Positions 32,402-43,419 of a stretch of DNA of 64,000 bases are shown piece by piece. The position numbers and the translations under genes are program-made. Origin of the DNA: Sphingobacteriales bacterium (GTDB taxonomy: Bacteria > Bacteroidota > Bacteroidia > Chitinophagales > JADIYW01); NCBI GenBank assembly GCA_016699615.1, contig CP064984.1, positions 2,383,855 to 2,447,854 of the forward strand, given 5' to 3'. The notes below the pieces were generated by a model. That model ran no database searches. It was not told where the DNA came from and saw only the letters and a program-made list of their open reading frames with translations. Numbering within the stretch: position 1 is the first letter of the stretch; every line of letters starts with the position of its first letter.

Positions 32402-33712
32402 ATGTCTGATAAAAATTCTTTCTTTAGTTTATCTAATTATTTCAGTTTATACAATCAATTCTTGGATACGCCAATTGCCAAGTCATTAAATCTTAGAAAA
32501 ATATCTGAAAAATTTGTTTATGAAGGCGCAAAAAATGGTGTAAAAATCGCCTCGAAAACTTCTACAATTTTTAAATCAAATAACAAACAACCCGAAAGAT
32601 TAAATCCAAAATCTAGTAATAATGTTTTTGACTTAAATTATAATGAAGAGCAAATAATTATTCAAGAAACTATCCAGCAGTTTGCACAAAAAATGAGAGT
32701 TGATGCAGAAAAAACAGATGAAGCTGGAAAAATATCAGATGATTTGTGGCAATCTTATCATGAATTGCAGCTACCATACATGCAAACACCAGAGCGTTTA
32801 GGTGGAATTATGCAAGAAAAATCAACTGTAACTCAAATGTTGATAATAGAAAATTTAGCACATGGAGATTTGGGAATGACTTATGCGTTTTATACAAGCA
32901 ATAGTGTATTAAATGCAATTGTTGAGTTTGGAACAAATGCGCAACAAGAAGAATTAGTTCCAAAGTTTCTAAGTGATACACCAATGATAGCTACAATTGC
33001 TGTTAATGAACCAACACCATTATTTTCTCCATTTGAACTGAGTACAAAAGCCACAAAAAACGAAGAAAATTACATTTTAAATGGTATAAAAAATATGGTA
33101 CCACTTGGCAAGCAAGCAGAATATCTTTTAGTTGCTGCTCAAGATGAAAGTAATAGCATAAAAATATTCATTGTTGCAACAAATCAAAATGGTTTAGAAA
33201 TAACTACAGATAAGAGTATGGGACTTAACTCAGCAGAATTATGTACTGTTAAATTAGATAATGTTGTCGTACATGCATCTGCAATATTAGGTGATGATAG
33301 TTTTAATTATGATAAGTTTATAACGTACAGTAGATTAGGTTGGTGTGCTTTAGCAGTTGGTTGTTGCCAAGCAGTTTTGGATTATGTAATACCATATGCA
33401 AATGATAGATATGCATTTGGTGAGCCAATAAGCAACAGGCAAGCAGTTGCATTTATGATTGCAGATATGAAAATTGAATTGGATAGTATGCGCATTTTGT
33501 TGCAAAGAGCTGTTGCATTAGCAGAACAAGATAAAGATTTCTCCAAACAAGCATATTTGGCATATATATTATGTTCTGAAAAATCTATGCAGATAGGCAC
33601 AAATGGCGTGCAACTATTGGGAGGACATGGATATGTTCGAGATTTTCCAGTAGAAAGATGGTATAGAGATTTAAGAGCAGTATCTATTTGTACAAATGGA
33701 TTACATATTTAA
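32402..33712 (+). CDS. Acyl-CoA dehydrogenase family protein (with N-terminal extension)
   Basis: ACAD C-terminal signature ..LLGGHGYVRDFPVERWYRDLR... ATG at 32402 is preferred over the TTG at 32387 used by the track. Confidence 0.75.
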   Translation: MSDKNSFFSLSNYFSLYNQFLDTPIAKSLNLRKISEKFVYEGAKNGVKIASKTSTIFKSNNKQPERLNPKSSNNVFDLNYNEEQIIIQETIQQFAQKMRVDAEKTDEAGKISDDLWQSYHELQLPYMQTPERLGGIMQEKSTVTQMLIIENLAHGDLGMTYAFYTSNSVLNAIVEFGTNAQQEELVPKFLSDTPMIATIAVNEPTPLFSPFELSTKATKNEENYILNGIKNMVPLGKQAEYLLVAAQDESNSIKIFIVATNQNGLEITTDKSMGLNSAELCTVKLDNVVVHASAILGDDSFNYDKFITYSRLGWCALAVGCCQAVLDYVIPYANDRYAFGEPISNRQAVAFMIADMKIELDSMRILLQRAVALAEQDKDFSKQAYLAYILCSEKSMQIGTNGVQLLGGHGYVRDFPVERWYRDLRAVSICTNGLHI

Positions 33713-33736
33713 TTAAATTATTTTAATAATAAACAT

Positions 33737-34929
33737 ATGAATTTAGAAATACCAAAAAAGTTTTATGCATTACAGAATGCAGCAACTTTAGTAGCAAAAA
33801 ATATATTTAGACCAATTTCAAGAAAATACGATGTAGCTGAACATGATTATCCAGTTGAGCTAGATTTATTAGCATCTGGACTTAATGGATTGAATGATGG
33901 CTCAGATGCACCAATTGGTGGCACAAATGCAAAGTCTGACTCAAACACTGATGCAGTGAAGAATGGTGCTAATATGGCTAACTGTGTTAATATTCAAGCG
34001 TTATGCTACGGTGATGTTGGATTGTTATTGTCAATACCAGGACAAGGTTTAGGCAATGCAGCAATTAATGCTGTAGCAAATAAAGAACAATTAGAAAAAT
34101 TCTCAAAATCTTGGGCAGCAATGGCAATTACAGAACCCAATTGTGGTTCAGATTCTTCTGCAATAACTACCACAGCAACAAAAGATGGCGATGATTATAT
34201 TTTAAATGGCGAAAAATATTTGTTACAGCAGGCGAACGTGCCAATGCTGTTGTAGTTTGGGCTACATTAGATAAAAATATTGGAAAAGCTGCAATCAAAT
34301 CTTTTGTGGTAGAAAAAGGCACACCAGGAATGGAAATTGCTCGCTTAGAAAAAAAATTAGGCATTCGCGCATCAGATACAGCAGCAATTACATTTACAGA
34401 TTGTAGAGTGCCAGCAAAAAATCTTTTAGGTACTGCCGAAATTGATGTGAAAAAAGGATTTGGTGGTGTAATGGAAACATTTGATAACACTAGACCATTT
34501 GTGGCATCAATGGCAAATGGTGTAGCAGAAGCATGTATTGAAAGAACTAAAGAATTATTAAAAGAAAAAGTAAATTTAGATTATAAAACACCAATTAATA
34601 ATACCAAAACAATAGAAGCTGAGCTATATAAAATGGAAGCCGAATATGAAGCAACAAGATTATTGACTCTAAAAGCATGGATGGCTGATAATAGAAAGCC
34701 AAACTCTTTAGAAGCTTCTATTTGTAAAGCAAAAGCTGGTAGGATTACAAATTATATTTCGCTAAAGTGTGTTGAGTTATGTAGTTCATTAGGCTATTCT
34801 CATGCTGAATTATTAGAAAAATGGGCACGTGACTCTAAGATTTTAGATATATTTGAAGGAACTCAACAAATACAACAACTAATTATTGCAAGAAGATTAT
34901 TAAATAAATCATCTGCAGAATTGAAATAA
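33737..34929 (+). pseudogene. Acyl-CoA dehydrogenase family protein, split by a frameshift in an A-run at ~34212
   Basis: ..AMAITEPNCGSDS..DGDDYILNGEK then continues in the alternate frame as IFVTAGERANAVVVWATLDKNIGKAAIKSFVVEKGTPGM.. The C-terminus has IFEGTQQIQ. Confidence 0.8.
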
Positions 34930-34936
34930 TATTATT

Positions 34937-36746
34937 ATGATTAAAAAGGAAATTACTTTTTCAGATATCGTTACTCAACTACCAAAAGTAATCACAGATT
35001 TACCTAAAATTGCAACTGCATTATATTATAATTTTACAGTAAAATCTAATACTGAGATTACATTTGCTGATCTATTTCAGAAGACAGCAACAAAATTTCC
35101 TAATAATATATGTATTTATTATTTAGATAAAAAATGGACATACAAAGCATTTGATTTGTGGACGAATAGATTAGCCAATCAGTTTTCTTCATTAGGTATT
35201 AGAAAAGGTGATGTTGTTGCAGTATTATTAGAAAATAGACCAGAAGTATTAGCTGTGGCTATGGCTATGGCAAAAATTGGTGGCATTGTTGCATTGATAA
35301 ATCCTGCACAGAAAAACAAAACACTAATTCATAGCTTGAAGTTAGCATCGCCAAAATTGTTTTTAGTTGGTACAGAACTTATACAAAACTATATTGATAT
35401 TAAAGATGAATTAGAATTATCAAAAAAACAGATTTTTTGTTATTCAAAACGAGTTAATCAAATATAAAAAAAATAATATCGAAGTATTTGATATAGAATC
35501 TGAAAACTTTTCTGAAACAAAACTTACAAAGAAAGTTCAATTATTTGCAAAAGATCCAGTGTTGTATATATATACATCAGGTACAACAGGCTTGCCAAAA
35601 GCATCAGTAATTAGTAATTTAAGATGGATAAAAGCATACAGTGCATTTGGATTAACAACATTAAGATTAAACGATAAAGATATTCTATATGTGCCATTGC
35701 CATTAATACATGGTACTGCAATGTTAGTATGTTGGTCGTCTGTGTTGGCTGGTGGCGCAGCTATGGTAATTAAAAATAAATTTAGTGTATCTGATTTTTG
35801 GAAAGATATAAAATATTATAATGCAACAGGTTTTGGATATATTGGAGAAATGTGTCGTTATTTGTTGAATACATCAGAACATCCATTGGAAAAAAATAAT
35901 TCTTTGCAAAAAATGATAGGCAATGGAATGCGCCCAGAAATTTGGCAACAATTTAAACAGAGATTTGATATAGAGCAAGTGGCGGAGTTTTATGCATCAA
36001 GCGAAGGCAATATTGCATTCTTTAATATATTTAATCTAGACCAAACTATGGGTTTCTCAATTACAAGCTATGCCATAGTTGAATATGATAAAGAAAAAGA
36101 TGAAATTGTAAGAGATAAAAATGGCTTTTGCAAAAAAGTGGGCAGCAACCAAATAGGCTTGTTGCTTGGCGAAATTAATGAGCGTTATCCTTTTGATGGT
36201 TATACAGAAAAAGATAAAACATCATCATCTGTTATGAAAAATGTATTTAAAAAAGGCGATGCATATTTTAATACTGGTGATTTGGTGAAAGATATGGGCT
36301 TTGCACACACACAATTTGTAGATAGGCTAGGTGATACATTTAGATGGAAAAGCGAAAACGTTTCAACAACTGAGGTAGAAAGTATTATTAACCAATATAA
36401 ATTAATAGATGAAAGTGTAGTGTATGGTGTAAGCGTTGCTGGCGCAAATGGAAGAGCAGGAATGGCAAATCTAATTTTTAAACCAAAAAATGCTGAAAAT
36501 TTTAATTTTGAATTATTCTATAATTATCTGTCTAAAGAATTGCCACCATATGCAATTCCAATATTCTTAAAAATATCCAAACAAACAACAGTTACATCAA
36601 CATTTAAGTATCAAAAAAATGAGCTTAAAGAAAACGCATATCATCAATACAAAAATGAAGATATATATATATTGATTGATAAGAAGTATGTTTTGATGAA
36701 TGACGAAATTTATGAAAAATTAATGAGTGAACAGATACGGTTGTAA
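34937..36746 (+). pseudogene. Long-chain acyl-CoA synthetase / fatty-acid transport protein (FATP)-like, split by a frameshift at the A7/T6 runs ~35422-35438
   Basis: AMP-binding YIYTSGTTGLPKA and the FATP-type FRWKSENVSTTEVE motif. The alternate frame bridges the gap (..FFVIQNELIKYKKNNIEVFD..KDPVLYIYTSG). Confidence 0.8.
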
Positions 36747-36776
36747 AACTTATGTGCTATTATTGTTCATCATTAT

Positions 36777-37268
36777 ATGAAAATTAGAATAGCTTTTCAT
36801 TCAGATATTCCAAAAATTATTGCTGTTGCAGAAAAAGTATTTAAGCAACACTATGCAAATATTCTTTCTCAAGCGCAAATAGATTATATGTATGATAAAA
36901 CATATAGTAACGAATCTTTGCTACAACAGATGAAAGATGGCGTTACTTATTTTATTTGTGAAATTGATGAAATACCAGTTGCGTATATGGCATATTTTTT
37001 AAAAGAAGATAATAATATTTATCTATCAAAGTTGTATGTAGATATGTCTATGCACAAATCTGGTGTAGGAAAACAATTGTATCAAACTTTAGAAAATATC
37101 GCAATTAAGAATAAATGCGATTATATAGAATTGAATGTACATAGAAAAAATACAGCTATGTATTTCTATAAAAAAATGGGTTTTGAACTACATGAAAATA
37201 CTGATATTGCCTTTGGCAAATATTCGTTGTGTGATTATGTATTAAGAAAATACTTGAAGCCAAAATAG
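36777..37268 (+). CDS. GNAT family N-acetyltransferase
   Basis: 163 aa with a ..HKSGVGKQLY.. acetyl-CoA binding loop (Q/RxxGxG/A type). Confidence 0.75.
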   Translation: MKIRIAFHSDIPKIIAVAEKVFKQHYANILSQAQIDYMYDKTYSNESLLQQMKDGVTYFICEIDEIPVAYMAYFLKEDNNIYLSKLYVDMSMHKSGVGKQLYQTLENIAIKNKCDYIELNVHRKNTAMYFYKKMGFELHENTDIAFGKYSLCDYVLRKYLKPK

Positions 37269-37290
37269 CTTCAAGTACTTCAATTTTTAT

Positions 37291-37704
37291 TTAGCAATAT
37301 TCTTCGTATGCAGCAACTAAATTGTCTGCTATCATTTTGGCTGGTCTTCCTTCTATCATATGTCTTTCGATGAAGTGTACCAACTTGCCATCTTTGAACA
37401 ATGCAATGCTTGGTGAGCTTGGTGGATAAGGAAATGTAAGCTCTCTTGCTTTTGCAACAGCTTCGCTATCTACACCAGCAAATACAGTTGCTAATTTGCT
37501 TGGTTTTTTTTCTGCTTCAGTAGAAATAATTGCAGCTGGACGTGCATTTGCAGCAGCGCAACCACAAACTGAATTAATGACTAAAAGCACTGTTCCTTCA
37601 GATTGAGCAACAACTTCTGTTACTTCGTCTGCTGTTTTTAATGCTTGAAAACCTTTTGATGTTAATTCGGCTTCCATTGGTTTGGTTAAGTGTTCTGGAT
37701 ACAT
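37291..37704 (-). CDS. Bacilliredoxin, BrxA/BrxB (YphP/YqiW, DUF1094) family
   Basis: ..VLLVINSVCGCAAANARPA.. CGC redox motif and ..PSSPSIALFKDGKLVHFIERH.. family pattern. Confidence 0.8.
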   Translation of the reverse strand: MYPEHLTKPMEAELTSKGFQALKTADEVTEVVAQSEGTVLLVINSVCGCAAANARPAAIISTEAEKKPSKLATVFAGVDSEAVAKARELTFPYPPSSPSIALFKDGKLVHFIERHMIEGRPAKMIADNLVAAYEEYC

Positions 37705-37869
37705 ATTTGTGTATTTTGATAATTAAGTAATAAAATATTTTAATAAAGATGTTCAAAAATTGTGCTATGGTTTTTCTATGTCAATTTGTCTTTTTTATTT
37801 GAAATTTTAATTCTTGGATTTATGAATTATACAGTAATAATTTCATTATTACATTGCTCCATTATTAAA

Positions 37870-38202
37870 TTATAAAAACCCAAGTTCTAATTTTGCTTCT
37901 TCAGTCATCATATCTTGATCCCAAGGTGGGTCGAAAAGTAATTTCAACATTGCAACTTCATTTACGCCATCAATTGCTTTTATTTTTTGCTCTACTTCAG
38001 CTGGCAAACTTTCTGCTGCTGGACAGTTTGGTGCTGTTAATGTCATTAATATATGCACGTCATTGTTTAGATTTACGTTTATTTCGTAGATTAATCCTAA
38101 TGCATATATATTTACTGGAATTTCTGGATCGTAGATAGTTTGTATCTGAGTGATACATTCGTCTTTAATTTCCATAAAAGTTTTATTTAATACATTTTCC
38201 AT
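37870..38202 (-). CDS. Fe-S assembly protein, DUF59/SufT (MIP18) family
   Basis: ..IYDPEIPVNIYALGLIY..MTLTAPNCPAAE.. is the hallmark DUF59 motif. Confidence 0.8.
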   Translation of the reverse strand: MENVLNKTFMEIKDECITQIQTIYDPEIPVNIYALGLIYEINVNLNNDVHILMTLTAPNCPAAESLPAEVEQKIKAIDGVNEVAMLKLLFDPPWDQDMMTEEAKLELGFL

Positions 38203-38221
38203 ATGAATGAATAACTATTTT

Positions 38222-38638
38222 CTAATTTGAATGTGCTATTGCGTAATATTTCATTTGCTTTATCATGCTTACTAAGCCATTGGCACGAGTAGGTGATAAG
38301 TGCTCTTTTAATCCTATTTCTTCTATAAAATATAAGTTTGCTTCGGTGATTTCTTTTGGTGTGTGTCCACTCAAAACTTTTATCAATAATCCAATAATGC
38401 CTTTGGTAATTATTGCATCACTATCTGCATAAAAAAATATTTTGCCATCTTGTATTTCAGAATGCAACCATACTCTACTTTGACAACCATGTATTCTGTT
38501 TTCTTCTGTTTTATACTGTTCATCAATTAATGGCAAAGACTTTCCAAAATCAATTAGATATTCGTATTTGTCATTCCAATCATCATACATGGAAAAGTCT
38601 GCTATAATTTCATCTTGTATTTCGTTTATGCTGCTCAT
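38222..38638 (-). CDS. sufE: SufE-family sulfur acceptor
   Basis: ..NRIHGCQSRVWL.. conserved-Cys motif; 138 aa. Confidence 0.85.
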   Translation of the reverse strand: MSSINEIQDEIIADFSMYDDWNDKYEYLIDFGKSLPLIDEQYKTEENRIHGCQSRVWLHSEIQDGKIFFYADSDAIITKGIIGLLIKVLSGHTPKEITEANLYFIEEIGLKEHLSPTRANGLVSMIKQMKYYAIAHSN

Positions 38639-38679
38639 TATTTTTGCAAAATTATATTTTATATTTCAGTAGAATTAAT

Positions 38680-39573
38680 TTATTTATCTCTTCTGAGAAA
38701 GTATACACCAATTAATATTAAAACTACACCCAATATATCAGAAATATTTAATGGTTCTTTTCCAACTAATACGCCAATAAATATGGCAACAATTGGTGTA
38801 ATGTAAGTTACAGACGCTGCTTTAACTGCACCCATCTTATCAATGATATAGTAATAAATTAAAAATGAAATACCTGTTCCTAAGATAGCAAGACCAAGTA
38901 TTGTTTCAATTGTTATGGTTAGGTTCTGAAATATTTTATCAATTCCACTAAATGGTGTAATGAATAATAATATTATGGTTGCACTTACCAATTGATAGGT
39001 TGTTAATGCAATGCCTGATATTTTTAAAGGTGTGATGAATTTTCTAGCATAGATAAATGATGCACTAAATGATAATGCTCCAATCATCATAAATGATATT
39101 CCTTTTAATGTGTTGCTGTCAAATTCAGCATCAAATGGTTTTGAAAGTACTATTATTCCAATTATTCCAAGTAATAATCCAATACTTCTGCTTTTAGTAA
39201 TACTTACTTCTTTAATAAATAATAAACTAAGTATAAATGTAAAAATTGGTACTGTTCCACTTATAGAACCAGCAATGCCAGAATATAATAAATGTGAGCC
39301 AATAACAAAGCAGAATAAATAAATGACTCCAGCTAATAATGACATAGCTAAAAAGTGATACCAATATTTTAAATGATGTACACTGTATGATTTGTTTATT
39401 ATTCCATAAATAATAAGTGGTATTATAGATATTGAAATTCTTAAAAAAACAACTTGAATTGTAGAAATATATTCTGTTGCATTCTTCATAAATAAAAAAT
39501 TGCTTCCCCAGAATAATCCAAGTAATAGAAATGCAATGTTTGAGTTTATATCTTGTTTTAAATTTTTGTACAC
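38680..39573 (-). CDS. EamA/DMT-family transporter
   Basis: About 10 TM segments as two EamA repeats; 297 aa. Confidence 0.75.
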   Translation of the reverse strand: MYKNLKQDINSNIAFLLLGLFWGSNFLFMKNATEYISTIQVVFLRISISIIPLIIYGIINKSYSVHHLKYWYHFLAMSLLAGVIYLFCFVIGSHLLYSGIAGSISGTVPIFTFILSLLFIKEVSITKSRSIGLLLGIIGIIVLSKPFDAEFDSNTLKGISFMMIGALSFSASFIYARKFITPLKISGIALTTYQLVSATIILLFITPFSGIDKIFQNLTITIETILGLAILGTGISFLIYYYIIDKMGAVKAASVTYITPIVAIFIGVLVGKEPLNISDILGVVLILIGVYFLRRDK

Positions 39574-39590
39574 AATATTATTTTATAGTT

Positions 39591-40810
39591 TTAACTCAAC
39601 ATTTTTTTTGCTTTTAAAATTCCATCATACAATAAATCTATTTCTTCTTTCGTATTATAAAACGCAAAAGATGCTCTCGTGTTCCTGGTATAGAATAAAA
39701 ATCCATCACTGGTTGCGCACAATGGTGTCCTGTTCTGATGGCAATGCCCATATTGTCTAAAATAACGCCAACATCATACGGATGAATACCATCTAACAAA
39801 AATGAAATAACAGATGATTTATTTGTTGCTGTACCATAAATTTTTAATCCATCTATTGATGATAATTTCTCTGTGGCATATTGCAATAATTCGTCTTCGT
39901 ATTTTTTTATATTTTCTAAACCTAAATTTTCTATATATTCTATTGTTGCGTTAAGTGCAATGCAGCCAGCAATATTTGGTGTTCCAGCTTCAAACTTAAA
40001 TGGCAAATCATTAAAAACTGTACCTTTGAATGATACAGATTTTATCATATCTCCACCACCTTCAAATGGTGGTATTTCGTTTAGTATATCTTCTTTTCCA
40101 TATAATATTCCAGTACCTGTTGGTCCATAAATTTTATGGCCACTAAATGCTAAAAAATCACAATCTAATGCTTGAACATCAATTGAAATATGTTGTATAG
40201 CTTGTCTTGCATCTATCAATATTTTCGCATTATTTTTTTTAGCTATCGCAATAATTTCTCTTATTGGATTGATAGTACCTAATGCATTAGATACATACGT
40301 AATTGATACTAATTTTGTTTTTGTTGTAATGATTTTTTCTGCATCTTCAATTTTAATACTACCATCTTCTTGCAATGGAATTACTTTTAAGATACATTTT
40401 TTTTCTTCGCACAGCATTTGCCATGGCACAATATTAGAATGGTGTTCCATTTCTGTCACCACAATTTCATCACCTTCATGAATAAATTTTTTACCAAAAG
40501 TATAGGCAATCAAATTTATACTATTTGTTGTACCTTTTGTAAATATTATTTCGTGCTCATGTTTTGCATTGATAAATTGTTGAACTTTTTTCCTTGTTTG
40601 TTCGTATAAATCTGTGCCAATTTGCGATAGGTAATGCACACCACGATGTATGTTTGCATTTTGATGTTCGTAGAAATATGTTTCAGCATCAATTACTGCT
40701 TGTGGCTTTTGAGTTGATGCGCCATTGTCTAAATAAACAAGTTGCTTGCCACGAATTTTTTCATTTAATATTGGAAATTGATTTCTTATATGTTGTATGT
40801 CTAATGCCAT
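39591..40810 (-). pseudogene. sufS: Cysteine desulfurase SufS, with a frameshift about 30 codons from the C-terminus (~39671-39686)
   Basis: ..YLDNGASTQKP.., ..FSGHKIYGPTG.. (PLP Lys), ..RTGHHCAQP... The alternate frame gives the expected tail ..ASFAFYNTKEEIDLLYDGILKAKKMLS* ending at 39591. Confidence 0.88.
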
Positions 40811-40875
40811 TGTATATTAATTAGCTATTGTATTTTTCCTTATAATAAACACTCGAGTTTATCTTTTTTCATGGC

Positions 40876-42123
40876 TTAAATATTTAATTTTGCCTCAACA
40901 GCTTCGATAAGATAGTTGCAAGAATCTTTGCTGTCTACTTTTTCTATTACTTCTTCAGCAAATGCAATCGTTAATAATGCTCTTGCTTTTTCTTTTCCAA
41001 TGCCACGTGCTTGCAAATAAAATAATTCTGTATCTTCAATTTGTGCAATTGTAGCACCATGCGAACATTTTACATCATCAGCAAAAATTTCTAATTGTGG
41101 CTTAGTATAAATATTTGCTTTGTCATTAATAATAATGTTTTTATTGCTTTGAAATGCATTTGTTTTCTGAGCAATTTGGTCTACTAATATTTTTCCATTA
41201 AATACGCCAGTAGCTTCTCCATCTACAATTCCTTTGTACAATTCATTGCTATTGGTGTTTGGTTGGTTATGATTTACTTTGGTTCTATTGTCACAATGCT
41301 CATGTCCGTTCAACAAGTACAAACCATTCATATTGCATTCAGCATGCTCGCCATTGATGTCTACAACTAAGTTGTTTCTTGTAATTGCACCAGAAACTGT
41401 AATTGTGTTTACTGTAAATATCGATGATTTTTCTTGCTGTACAAATGTATTGTCTGTAATATAAAATTGTTGTTTTCCATTTTGAATTTTATCCCATTTT
41501 ACAATACTATTTTCATGTATAGAAATGTTATTTACAATGTTGTAGTATGTTTTTAAATGATTTGGATTGATATAATATTCTGTGAAATGTACTTGTGTTT
41601 TTTTAGCAATATTTATTTTGTGTTTTAAATTGATGATTTGATCTGATTTTGTTGCTATATATAATATTGCTATTGCTTTTTCTTCTTCAAAACTTTTATC
41701 AATATTTATGTTGATGCCATCAGAGCTCAAAGCATTATTTAATTCTAATAAAAAATCTTTGGTAGCTTGTTCTTCTATGTTATTGCTATTCCAAAATGTA
41801 AACTTTGGTGTGTTTGGTATGTAAGATAATTCTGCAATAAAAACACCATCTACAAAAACAATTTTATATGTTGCATTGAATTGTGTTTCTATATGATTTT
41901 TAATTTCATCTATAGTACCATCACTCAACTTATATGCATCATCTGCTTTGCTTGTGATATTGCTGAAATTATTGTCAATAATCTTATTGTAATAAGTATA
42001 TTTCCATTCTTCATTTTTCATTGATGGAATGCCAATGCTTATTGCATTCAATAAAGATTGCTGTTGTTTCTTATCAATTATGTTTGGTAGTAAACTTTTA
42101 AGTATGTCTGTATTTGAATTCAT
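40876..42123 (-). CDS. sufD: Fe-S cluster assembly protein SufD
   Basis: 415 aa. C-terminal ..QLEIFADDVKCSHGATI..LFYL..RGI.. pattern, in suf context. Confidence 0.88.
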   Translation of the reverse strand: MNSNTDILKSLLPNIIDKKQQQSLLNAISIGIPSMKNEEWKYTYYNKIIDNNFSNITSKADDAYKLSDGTIDEIKNHIETQFNATYKIVFVDGVFIAELSYIPNTPKFTFWNSNNIEEQATKDFLLELNNALSSDGININIDKSFEEEKAIAILYIATKSDQIINLKHKINIAKKTQVHFTEYYINPNHLKTYYNIVNNISIHENSIVKWDKIQNGKQQFYITDNTFVQQEKSSIFTVNTITVSGAITRNNLVVDINGEHAECNMNGLYLLNGHEHCDNRTKVNHNQPNTNSNELYKGIVDGEATGVFNGKILVDQIAQKTNAFQSNKNIIINDKANIYTKPQLEIFADDVKCSHGATIAQIEDTELFYLQARGIGKEKARALLTIAFAEEVIEKVDSKDSCNYLIEAVEAKLNI

Positions 42124-42138
42124 TAATTTGATAATTCG

Positions 42139-42498
42139 TTAATTTGATAATGGTTTTTTTGATGTGGCAATTATTTTTGTTGTAATTTTTTTTATTTCAA
42201 ATAATTGTTCAATTAATTCTTTACTTGTAGGATAGCCGTCAGAATGTTCACAAATTAATAACCAATATTCTGTTTCTTCAATTTCTTTCGCAGCAATTTT
42301 TAGTTTATGAATGAAATCTGATTTGCTTTCTGCGTTTTGTGCTTCTCTAATATTTGCACCTATTGATGTTCCCGATTTTAATAACTGTCTTGCAATAATA
42401 TATTTCCTATCATTTTCTAATAATGTAACATACTTTACTATTTGTAAAGCAAATTGAAAAGATTTTTGAACAATGATATTATCTTCTGTTTTTTGCAT
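42139..42498 (-). CDS. Four-helix-bundle protein (23S rRNA intervening-sequence protein / Avd family), inserted between sufC and sufD
   Basis: 119 aa with ..QLLKSGTSIGANIREAQNAESKSDFIHKLKIAAKEIEETEYWL.., the signature of this family. Confidence 0.85.
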   Translation of the reverse strand: MQKTEDNIIVQKSFQFALQIVKYVTLLENDRKYIIARQLLKSGTSIGANIREAQNAESKSDFIHKLKIAAKEIEETEYWLLICEHSDGYPTSKELIEQLFEIKKITTKIIATSKKPLSN

Positions 42499-42532
42499 AA
42501 TTACTTCATTAACGAATTAATGAATTGATAAA

Positions 42533-43279
42533 TTATTTAATTAATTCATATTCCTCGTATCCTTTTTCTTCTAGTTCTAATGCTAGATTTTTATCGCCAG
42601 TTTTTACAATTTTACCATCATACATCACATGTACAAAATCTGGAACTATATAATCTAATAATCTTTGGTAGTGTGTAATAACAATAAATGCATTGTCTTT
42701 AGAATGTAACTTATTTACGCCATTAGCTACAATACGCAATGCATCAATGTCTAACCCAGAATCTGTTTCATCTAAGATAGCAAGCTTTGGATCTAACATT
42801 GCCATTTGGAAAATTTCGTTACGTTTCTTTTCGCCACCTGAAAAGCCAACATTTACAGAACGAGAAATAAAATCTTTTTTCATTTCTACCAATTCCATTT
42901 TTTCACGCATTAATTTCAAAAATTCATTTGCTGGCATAGGTTCTTCGCCATTAGATTTGCGTTGTTCGTTGATGGCAGCTTTTAAGAAATTTGCATTGCT
43001 CACACCAGGAATTTCTACTGGATATTGAAATGCCAAGAACAAACCTTTTTGCGCACGTTCATGTGTTTCTAATTCTAATAAATTCATTCCATCAAACTTG
43101 ATGGTGCCTTGTGTAATTTCATAGCCTTCTTTTCCAGCAAGCACATTTCCCAGTGTAGATTTTCCTGTTCCGTTTGGTCCCATGATAGCGTGTATTTCGC
43201 CTTTGTTTACTGTTAAAGAAAATCCTTTTAAGATTTCTTTATTGTCAATTGATACGTGTAAGTTGTTTATTTTAAGCAT
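42533..43279 (-). CDS. sufC: Fe-S cluster assembly ATPase SufC
   Basis: Walker [13 protein letters not shown] signature FSGGEKKR, Walker [11 protein letters not shown]. The start is placed at MLKINNLHV; the track's 22-codon extension reads into an intergenic repeat. Confidence 0.9.
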   Translation of the reverse strand: MLKINNLHVSIDNKEILKGFSLTVNKGEIHAIMGPNGTGKSTLGNVLAGKEGYEITQGTIKFDGMNLLELETHERAQKGLFLAFQYPVEIPGVSNANFLKAAINEQRKSNGEEPMPANEFLKLMREKMELVEMKKDFISRSVNVGFSGGEKKRNEIFQMAMLDPKLAILDETDSGLDIDALRIVANGVNKLHSKDNAFIVITHYQRLLDYIVPDFVHVMYDGKIVKTGDKNLALELEEKGYEEYELIK

Positions 43280-43299
43280 GATGTTGTTGTTCAATTTTT

Positions 43300-43412
43300 T
43301 AATTAGCGAATTTTTTACTACAAAGTTCGCAAAGTTGATTCGCAAAGTTCACAGAGTGAGATTTTGCTATGAGTTCTTTGTGTATTCCGAAGTTTCGGAA
43401 CTTAGTGTGCTT
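43300..43412 (-). repeat. Structured intergenic element: TTCGCAAAGTT x2 (43326-43336, 43339-43349) plus palindrome TTCCGAA-GT-TTCGGAA (43385-43400)
   Basis: Direct repeats with a 13-nt period and a 7-bp inverted repeat, read directly from the sequence. The element translates to the '..NFANFVVK..' pseudo-peptide that extends the sufC ORF. Confidence 0.5.
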
Positions 43413-43419
43413 TGTGGTT

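Noticed and set aside
43280-43345. A 22-codon N-terminal extension of sufC ([22 protein letters not shown]..)
   Set aside because: The extension reads through the intergenic repeat element. SufC homologues start at the MLKINNLHV-type sequence.
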